Shown piece after piece: positions 34,547 through 41,950 of a stretch of DNA of 64,000 nucleotides. This DNA is from an uncultured bacterium (lineage in GTDB: Bacteria; Desulfobacterota_D; UBA1144; Nemesobacterales; UBA2774). Each line of letters opens with the position of its first letter. Within the stretch, counting starts at the first letter, position 1. Location of the stretch: NCBI GenBank assembly GCA_963825135.1, contig CAWGRW010000009.1:512001-576000 (forward strand), read 5' to 3'. The notes below the pieces were generated by a model, which was not told the DNA's origin, ran no database searches, and was given only the letters and a program-made list of their open reading frames with translations. The translations under genes and the position numbers were made by a program.

Positions 34547-35020
34547 ATGCCTTTTCCAGAACCCCTTAAAGAAAGGATTGATGCGATCGTTTCGGGGTCC
34601 GAAACGAAACAATCGGCCCTCATACCGGTGCTTAGAGAGATCCAGAACGAATTCGGATATCTTTCTAACGAATCGATGGAAGAGACGGCTGAGATACTCG
34701 GGATTCCGCCCGCGAGCGTCCAGAACGTCGCGACGTTTTATACCATGTTCTTCAGAAAACCTGTGGGAGAACACGTAATCTGGCTCTGCCGAACCCTATC
34801 ATGCGCACTCAGGGGGGCCGAGCACGTCGAACATTATATGTGCGGACGCCTTGGCGTTAAGACAGGAGAGACCACGTCCGACGGGAAAATAACGCTCATG
34901 GAAGCGGAATGCCTAGCCTCCTGCGGAACGGCGCCCGTAATGCTCGTCGATGACAAGCTCGAAGAGAACCTCACGAAAGAAAAGGTCGACAGATTGATCG
35001 ATGAGCTCAGAAAAAGCTGA
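34547..35020 (+). CDS. nuoE: NuoE-like [2Fe-2S] protein, stand-alone
   Basis: SALIPVL, VATFYTMF, CRTLSC…CLASC; GGAG SD before ATG at 34547. Confidence 0.9.
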   Translation: MPFPEPLKERIDAIVSGSETKQSALIPVLREIQNEFGYLSNESMEETAEILGIPPASVQNVATFYTMFFRKPVGEHVIWLCRTLSCALRGAEHVEHYMCGRLGVKTGETTSDGKITLMEAECLASCGTAPVMLVDDKLEENLTKEKVDRLIDELRKS

Positions 35021-35075
35021 ATTCTTCTGAGGTTCCGCGAATCGGAAAATTTCCGATTCCCGAAATATACATAAA

Positions 35076-36410
35076 ATGGATTTCAAGAAATCGCGCGAAA
35101 ATGCCCTCAAGATATACCGGGAAGCCGTCGAAGCCGCTAACCCCTACAAATGTGTCCTCGACTACCTGAGCCGAAAAGGCGATGTGCTTACCGTAGACAA
35201 GAAGAGATATAGCCTGAACGAGTTCGGTTCGATCTACGCGGTGGCATTCGGTAAAGCCGCTACGTCGATGGCGGAAGCCGTCGAGGAGGTTCTCGACGAC
35301 AGGCTCTCGGGCGGCATCGTAGTATCGAATACCCAGCCTCAGAACCCTTACAAGAAACTCGGGTTTTATTTGTCGAGCCACCCCGTACCCGACGACAGGA
35401 GCCTCATCGCCGCAAAAGAGGTCCTTTCGATCCTGGACAGGGCGGGGGAGAACGATCTCGTGATCTTTCTCATTTCCGGGGGAGGCAGCGCGCTGCTTGC
35501 CATGCCTTCGCCGGGGATATCCCTTGACGACAAGAGGAAAGCCACCGAAACGCTCCTGAGGTCGGGTGTGGACAAATACGGGCTGAACGCGGTGAGGAAG
35601 CACATCTCCCAGATCAAGGGCGGAGGACTTCTGAAAAAGGCGCTCCCGGCAAAGGTAATAACACTTATCCTTTCGAACGTCGTGAGCGACAAGCTCGATG
35701 CCATAGCGTCGGGCCCGACTGTGCCAGACCCCACGACGTATGAAGACGCCTGGCGGGTGGTGGAAGCCCTCGACCTCGAACACAAGCTCCCCCCTCAGGT
35801 AATCGTCCATCTCGAGGAGGGGCGGAGCGGTAATGCGCCCGAAACCCTTAAAGAGGGTGAATACGACCAGAAAATCGTTCAGACTATTATTGTCGGAAAC
35901 AACTACAAATCCCTTAAAGCGGCCGAGAAAAAAGCCGGCGAGCTCGGATACAACACCCTAATGCTATCGTCGCAGATAAGCGGCGAGTCGAGGGAGGTCG
36001 CGAAGGTAGCGGCGGCGGTCGCGTTCGATATAGAGAGATTCGGAAATCCGGTTAAAAAACCGTCCTGCTTGATATTCGGAGGGGAGACGACCGTTACGAT
36101 TCAAAACAGTCTCGGAACCGGGAAAGGCGGCAGAAGCACGGAAACCGCCCTCTCCTTCTGCATGGAGATCATCGGGCACGACATCGTCGGGCTGTTCTGC
36201 GATACGGACGGCATTGACGGGCCCATAGACGCCGCCGGGGCGATCTGCGACGGTCAGAGCAGGCTCCAGGCGAGGACCATAAACGTGAGCGCGAGGGAGC
36301 ATCTGGCCCAGAATAACTCATATGACTTCTTCGACAAGCTGGGCGACCTCATCATCACAGGACCCACCGGCACAAACGTAATGGACATAGGCATCATACT
36401 GGTCGAATAA
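35076..36410 (+). CDS. Glycerate 2-kinase / hydroxypyruvate reductase (TtuD/MOFRL family)
   Basis: FGKAA, HPVPD, LISGGGSAL, IASGP, GGETTV, TDGIDG and TGTNVMD motifs. Confidence 0.92.
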   Translation: MDFKKSRENALKIYREAVEAANPYKCVLDYLSRKGDVLTVDKKRYSLNEFGSIYAVAFGKAATSMAEAVEEVLDDRLSGGIVVSNTQPQNPYKKLGFYLSSHPVPDDRSLIAAKEVLSILDRAGENDLVIFLISGGGSALLAMPSPGISLDDKRKATETLLRSGVDKYGLNAVRKHISQIKGGGLLKKALPAKVITLILSNVVSDKLDAIASGPTVPDPTTYEDAWRVVEALDLEHKLPPQVIVHLEEGRSGNAPETLKEGEYDQKIVQTIIVGNNYKSLKAAEKKAGELGYNTLMLSSQISGESREVAKVAAAVAFDIERFGNPVKKPSCLIFGGETTVTIQNSLGTGKGGRSTETALSFCMEIIGHDIVGLFCDTDGIDGPIDAAGAICDGQSRLQARTINVSAREHLAQNNSYDFFDKLGDLIITGPTGTNVMDIGIILVE

Positions 36411-36433
36411 CCTCTACCGTAGCGGGCGGATCA

Positions 36434-37162
36434 TTGAGATACGCTATCATCTCGGACATACATGCGAACCTCGAGGCCTTTAACTCAGTACTCGATGAAA
36501 TAGACGCCGCCGGGGCGGACATGATCGTCTGTCTCGGAGATATAGTGGGTTACGGGGCTAACCCCAACGAGTGCGTCGAGATCGTAATGAACCGGAACAT
36601 CGATTCTTTGATCGGCAATCACGACAAAGCCGCATGCGGCCTTACCGAGCCCACGGGCTTCAACCCGGCCGCAAGGGAGGCGGCGCTCTGGACGAGGGGA
36701 GAGCTCACGGAAAAAAACCGCGAGTTCTTAAAAGCCCTGCCCGAGACCAAAGAGATAAACGGTTTCGTTGCCGTCCACGGCGCGATCTCCGATCCCGACA
36801 GTTACATCCTGTCCCCGTACGACGCGGCCCGCGAATTCGGGCTCCTCGGAGAAAAAAGCCTTTGCTTCTTCGGCCACACACACGTAGCCGCGGCCTTTTC
36901 TCTAGATAACGGCCGTGTATCGGAGTCGAGAGCGGATAGGTTCGAATTGCGGGAGGGCCGGAAGTACCTCGTCAACCCGGGCAGCGTCGGCCAGCCGCGG
37001 GACAGAGACCCGCGCGCGTCGTTCCTTATATACGACACATGCGACGATAAGGGAAAAGCCGAGCGCAGGAGGGTCGAGTACCCCATAGAAAGAGCGCAAA
37101 AAAAGATAATCAAACGCGGGCTCGACAGCTTCCTCGCCGAGAGGCTCTCCCACGGATACTGA
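36434..37162 (+). CDS. Calcineurin-like metallophosphoesterase (YfcE/MJ0936-like)
   Basis: SDIHAN, GDIVGYG, GNHD, GHTH and NPGSVGQPRD motifs. Confidence 0.92.
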   Translation: MRYAIISDIHANLEAFNSVLDEIDAAGADMIVCLGDIVGYGANPNECVEIVMNRNIDSLIGNHDKAACGLTEPTGFNPAAREAALWTRGELTEKNREFLKALPETKEINGFVAVHGAISDPDSYILSPYDAAREFGLLGEKSLCFFGHTHVAAAFSLDNGRVSESRADRFELREGRKYLVNPGSVGQPRDRDPRASFLIYDTCDDKGKAERRRVEYPIERAQKKIIKRGLDSFLAERLSHGY

Positions 37163-37247
37163 AGCCGCTCCGTAAACCGCCCTTACTCCTTCCTTTTAAA
37201 ACCCACATGTTGAAAACATCGGAACAAGTGATTTAATATAGATAGTC

Positions 37248-38606
37248 ATGGAGATGCTCACACGTCAACTCCCCCAGAATCTGGAAGCGGAACAGGCCGT
37301 TCTGGGCGCTATTCTCATAGAGAGCTCGTCAATAAATCAGGTCCTCGAGATACTGACCGCCGAAGACTTCTATAAAGAGGCGCACAGGAAGATATTTAAC
37401 GCGATGATAGACCTCGACCGGGACAACAAGCCGATCGACCTCCTCACGCTGTTCGATTACCTGAAGGGAAACGGCAACCTGCTGGAGGAAGTTGGCGAGA
37501 GCAGTTATCTCACGTATTTGACGGAGATCGTGCCCGCTACGGAGAACGTGAGCTATTACGCGCAGCTGGTCAAGGAAAAGTCGATAGTAAGAAACCTCGT
37601 GATGGCCGCGAGCGATATCGCTCACAGGGGACACGAAGGGGTGTCGGATATCGACGAGTTCATAGACAGGGCCGAGCACGCGATCCTCGACATAGCTCAA
37701 AATAAAATCAAGCCCAGCTTCTACGAATCGCGGGACCTCGCGGCCAAAGCGCTCGATATAATAGAAGCCCTCCACGCCAGAAAGGAACTCGTCACCGGAA
37801 TACCAACCGGGTTCGAGAAGCTCGACTACATGACCTCGGGGCTCCAGCAGGCGGACCTGGTCATCGTTGCCGCGAGACCGGGTCTGGGGAAGACCTCCCT
37901 CTGCCTGAACATTGCCGCCCACGCCGGGATAGAGTACGGCATGTCGGTGGGTATTTTTTCACTCGAAATGACGAAGGAGCAGCTCATGCTGAGGCTCCTT
38001 TCGATGAAAGCGCTCGTCAGTTATTCGAATATCAGAAGCGGCTACATCAAGGACGAAGACCTGGAGAGTCTCGTAAAGGCGGCCGAGGAGTACAGCCGGG
38101 CGAAGATATATATCGACGATACGCCCGCTATAAGCGTGCTCGAGATTCGAGCCAAGGCCCGGAGACAAAAAAGGGATAAGGGGCTCGACTTAATCATCGT
38201 CGATTACCTCCAGCTGATGCGCGGCACGAGGAGAACAGAGACGAGGGAGCGCGAAATCGCCGAGATATCCGGGTCTCTGAAGGCCCTCGCGAAGGAGCTG
38301 AGTGTCCCCGTGATAGCCGTATCCCAGCTGAGCAGACAGACCGAGACGAGATCGGACAGGCGCCCGCAGTTATCCGACCTCAGGGAGAGCGGAGCTATAG
38401 AGCAGGACGCCGACCTCGTACTCTTCATACACCGGGCCGACGCCTACAGAAAGACCCCCGAGGAGAAAGACGGCATAGCAGAGCTTATTATAGGCAAGCA
38501 GAGAAACGGCCCCACCGGAACAGTGAAGCTTACTTTCCTCGACAGCTCGAGGGGTGTTCCCACTTTTAAAGACCTGTCCGAAGAATATACGGACGATTAC
38601 GGATGA
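37248..38606 (+). CDS. dnaB: Replicative DNA helicase
   Basis: EAEQAVLG, ARPGLGKT, DYLQL, SQLSR, DLRESGAIEQDAD and KQRNGP motifs; no intein. Confidence 0.98.
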   Translation: MEMLTRQLPQNLEAEQAVLGAILIESSSINQVLEILTAEDFYKEAHRKIFNAMIDLDRDNKPIDLLTLFDYLKGNGNLLEEVGESSYLTYLTEIVPATENVSYYAQLVKEKSIVRNLVMAASDIAHRGHEGVSDIDEFIDRAEHAILDIAQNKIKPSFYESRDLAAKALDIIEALHARKELVTGIPTGFEKLDYMTSGLQQADLVIVAARPGLGKTSLCLNIAAHAGIEYGMSVGIFSLEMTKEQLMLRLLSMKALVSYSNIRSGYIKDEDLESLVKAAEEYSRAKIYIDDTPAISVLEIRAKARRQKRDKGLDLIIVDYLQLMRGTRRTETREREIAEISGSLKALAKELSVPVIAVSQLSRQTETRSDRRPQLSDLRESGAIEQDADLVLFIHRADAYRKTPEEKDGIAELIIGKQRNGPTGTVKLTFLDSSRGVPTFKDLSEEYTDDYG

Positions 38607-38667
38607 TTAATCAGGATGAGTAGTCAGGGCAGCGGGAAACTGCGGGAATCCGGCGGATCGATTCTTT

Positions 38668-39306
38668 TCAAACCATCATGGGTATGACTACGGCTTTCGA
38701 TTTTACTTCCCTGTGAAAGAGCCCTTCGTCAGACTGCCAGGAGCGGAACCTGTCGGAAATCTCCTTGAGCCTTTCCCTCACGGTAGTCCAGTAGAAATCC
38801 CAGGCGTAATCCTTCTTCCTGCTTTTAAAAAACATGTTGAAGAATATCTCCCTCTCGACCGGGAAGCCTTTCTCCGCAACCCACCCGGTGCGGACGCTCC
38901 CGTACCCGGCGCCGAAGGCCATGGCGAAGGTGCCGTTCAAGCCGAGCCTCTCTGAGGCCTTTGTCGCAAGCTCGATGAAAACATAAAGCGCCTCCGAAGT
39001 CGAATACCCGCGTACGGCGAACTCCCCGTCCATGGCGAGGAGGTTGTCAACAAAGTACATCGGGTAAAACGTGGGGGCGTAAACGGAGACTGACTTCGTG
39101 GGGCTTATGAGAGGCTGCCTTATAATTACGTCCTCTTTAATGACCCCTATCATGAAGTCCTCTTTATCGAACCCGCCTATGTCGCCGCACTCCCCGAGGG
39201 AGAGCCTCACGTTCTCCCATTCCCTCTCGGCGATGACCAGGGCCCTTTCGAGACGCTTCTCGCCCTCATCGAATTCCCTGTCTTTCAGGAGCTCTTCCAG
39301 TTCCAT
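38668..39306 (-). CDS. Hypothetical protein
   Basis: 212-aa ORF with GAGG SD, fills the gap; no recognisable motif. Confidence 0.7.
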   Translation of the reverse strand: MELEELLKDREFDEGEKRLERALVIAEREWENVRLSLGECGDIGGFDKEDFMIGVIKEDVIIRQPLISPTKSVSVYAPTFYPMYFVDNLLAMDGEFAVRGYSTSEALYVFIELATKASERLGLNGTFAMAFGAGYGSVRTGWVAEKGFPVEREIFFNMFFKSRKKDYAWDFYWTTVRERLKEISDRFRSWQSDEGLFHREVKSKAVVIPMMV

Positions 39307-39501
39307 GTCGTCCTCTCTTGAACCGATCCCTGCATAAAACTCAGACCGTAAAAATATACCCCGATAATATAGGTTCTCAATGTTTCAGCCCCGGCTTTAT
39401 CAAGAATCCCCGCAATCGGCCTGATCGGAGAGGCCGGGGCCATTGTTTTTAAGCGGCGTGTATTGTAATATGAGTTTTCCAAGGCGTCAGGGGGTTCTTA
39501 T

Positions 39502-40485
39502 ATGGCAACACTAGTTACGGGGGCCACGGGGTTTTTAGGCTCTCACATAGCGAGAAAACTGGCGGAGAGGGGGGACAAGGTAAGGATTCTCCTCAGAAAG
39601 ACCAGTAAAACGATAAATATCGACGATATCAACGCTGAGCGGGTTTACGGCGACGTAACTGACATAGACTCGATCAGAAAAGCGCTGGAAGGCTGCGATA
39701 CACTCTACCACGCGGCGGGCATCGTATCGCTCAAGCAGGCAGATTCCAAAAAGATGGAGGATATAAACGTAAAAGGTACCTGTAACGTACTCATGGCAGC
39801 GATGGAAGCGGGCGTGAAAAAAGTGGTCTATACGAGCAGCGTCGCCGCAATAGGGTTAAAACCGGGGAAAGAGGCCGCCGACGAAGAGACGCCGTTTGAC
39901 CCGGCCGCGACCGACATCCAGTATATCAAATCGAAATACTACGCGGAGCAGGAGGCCCTTAAATTTTTCGGGAAAGGCCTGCCGCTCGTGATCGTCAACC
40001 CTTCGATAGTGATAGGCGCAGGAGACGTCTACGTCTCGACCACGGGTATCATTCTCTGGTACTGCAAGAGGAGGTTTCCGGGATATACGGACGGAGGCAT
40101 AAATCTCGTCGACGCCGAAGACGTCGCCACCGGACACCTGCTTGCGGCGGAGAAGGGCAGACTTGGCGAGCGCTACATACTGAGCAGCCGCAATATCACC
40201 ATAAAAGAGCTATTCGAGGTCATAGAGAAGGTGACGGGAATCCCGGGACCGAAGATGAAGATACCCTACCCGCTCGCTTACATGGGCGCGTTTATCGCCG
40301 AGCGCGTATTCGGCATACCCGCGCCCAACTACTCAGCCATTCAACTAGACTCTATAAAGGCGTCAAAGCACTACTGGTATGTCGATAATTCAAAGGCGGT
40401 CAGGGAACTCGGCTTCTCTACGAGGCCGCTTGAAGAAACAATAGAAAGCACAGTAAAGTGGTTCAAGGAAAACGGTTATCTGTGA
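39502..40485 (+). CDS. NAD-dependent epimerase/dehydratase (HpnA/dihydroflavonol-reductase-like extended SDR)
   Basis: TGATGFLG, YTSS, YIKSK (YxxxK) and GRLGERYIL motifs. Confidence 0.9.
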   Translation: MATLVTGATGFLGSHIARKLAERGDKVRILLRKTSKTINIDDINAERVYGDVTDIDSIRKALEGCDTLYHAAGIVSLKQADSKKMEDINVKGTCNVLMAAMEAGVKKVVYTSSVAAIGLKPGKEAADEETPFDPAATDIQYIKSKYYAEQEALKFFGKGLPLVIVNPSIVIGAGDVYVSTTGIILWYCKRRFPGYTDGGINLVDAEDVATGHLLAAEKGRLGERYILSSRNITIKELFEVIEKVTGIPGPKMKIPYPLAYMGAFIAERVFGIPAPNYSAIQLDSIKASKHYWYVDNSKAVRELGFSTRPLEETIESTVKWFKENGYL

Positions 40486-40505
40486 ATTTAAGCGTTCACC
40501 CTTGT

Positions 40506-40534
40506 TTGTAACCATTATCCCGTTAATATAGACT
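40506..40534 (+). promoter_or_regulatory. Candidate promoter for a leaderless aroC transcript
   Basis: TTGTAA-N17-TAGACT, 6 nt before ATG 40541, no SD. Confidence 0.5.
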
Positions 40535-40540
40535 CTTGTC

Positions 40541-41612
40541 ATGCCCGGAAATTCATTCGGACAACCTGTTTCGTATCACGACATGGGGCGAGTCCCACGG
40601 TCTGGCGCTCGGCGTAGTCATAGACGGCTGCCCGGCGGGTCTCGAGATATCGAAAGAGGATATACAATTCGAGCTCGACCGCAGGCGCCCCGGACAGAGC
40701 AGGATAACCACGCAAAGAAAAGAATCTGACAGCGTCGAGATTCTCTCAGGCGTATTCGAGGGAAAAACGCTCGGCACGCCTATCTCGCTCATGGTCAGGA
40801 ACGAGGACGTTATTTCCAAATCCTACGAGGATATTAAAGACACGTACCGGCCCGGACACGCCGATTATACGTACGACGCGAAATTCGGCATAAGGGATTA
40901 CAGGGGCGGCGGCAGGTCTTCGGCAAGGGAGACGGTTGGAAGGGTCGCCGCGGGGGCGGTCGCAAAAAAGATCCTGAATATGAACGGTATAAATACATAC
41001 GGGTTCGTCAGGCAGGTCGGACGGATCGCGGCAAAAAAAATAGACCTCGACGAGATAGAGAGGAACATAGTGAGATGTCCCGATGCCGAAAAGGCCGCCC
41101 AAATGATTGAGCTGATAGAAAAGGTGAGGAAGGAAGGGGACTCGGTCGGCGGCACGGTGGAGGTAATTTCGAAGGGACTTCCGGCGGGTCTCGGGAATCC
41201 GGTATTCAATAAGCTGGACGCTGATCTCGCTTCGGCGCTTATGAGCCTCGGGGGAATAAGGGGGTTCGAAGTAGGCATGGGCTTCGAAGCGTCCAAAAAG
41301 AAAGGCTCTCAGGTGAACGACGTAATGTATAAAGACAAAGCTGGAAGCCTCAGGTTTAAAACGAATAACGCGGGCGGTCTCCTTGGCGGGATTACGAACG
41401 GCGAGGACCTCGTCGTGCGAATCGCCATCAAGCCTACTTCTTCCATCTCCAAGGTTCAGCATACCGTAGATAAATACGGCAACCCGAAAGAGCTCAAGGT
41501 AAAGGGCAGGCACGACCCGTGCCTATGCCCGAGGGCAGTGCCTATAGCAGAGGCGATGGTAAACCTCGTTCTCGCCGATCATCTGCTCATGTCCAGAGTC
41601 GCGAGGATTTAA
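40541..41612 (+). CDS. aroC: Chorismate synthase with an apparent 1-bp insertion near 40561-40566
   Basis: MPGNSFG in one frame and LFRITTWGESHG, RPGHAD, RSSARET, GRHDPC in the next. Confidence 0.95.
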
Positions 41613-41691
41613 ATCCCCGCAGATCGATAAGTGCGGAAATGCATTCTCTCGCCCCCGGCAGTGTTTCCCACCGCCCATTTCATATAACCTA

Positions 41692-41720
41692 TTGAAACAA
41701 AAAACAAATTGCACTAAACT
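41692..41720 (+). promoter_or_regulatory. sigma70-type promoter upstream of the riboswitch
   Basis: TTGAAA-N17-TAAACT, about 20 nt before the aptamer. Confidence 0.6.
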
Positions 41721-41739
41721 TGCAAAAAGGGTTAGTATC

Positions 41740-41832
41740 CTTCCGAAATGGCAAACTATCCGAAAGGGTAGGACGCAAAGCCTCAAGCCTAAGGACGCCT
41801 GAGCGGTGTCTAGGGCGGTTGGGTTGCCGAAG
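41740..41832 (+). ncRNA. c-di-GMP-I (GEMM-I) riboswitch
   Basis: GGCAAAC-TATCC-GAAA-GGGTA-GGACGCAAAGC…CCTAA…GGTTGCCGA matches the class I consensus (GNRA tetraloop, CUAA receptor); P1 CTT(C)CG/CGAAG. Confidence 0.93.
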
Positions 41833-41950
41833 AACGTATACTTGCAATAATTCTAATAATCAAGGATTATTATGGTAGAGCTATAAACAAATATATTAAC
41901 AATGTTAAAGAACAATGCTAAAATAATTTTTTGAGAGGGGGATCCGAATA

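Noticed and set aside
35076..36410. Motif drift in glycerate kinase (GGRSTE versus GGRNQE)
   Set aside because: Most family motifs are intact, so there is no basis to call it inactive
40536..40540. TTG start for aroC from the ORF track
   Set aside because: Gives an unconserved N-terminus; the canonical MPGNSFG begins at 40541 in another frame
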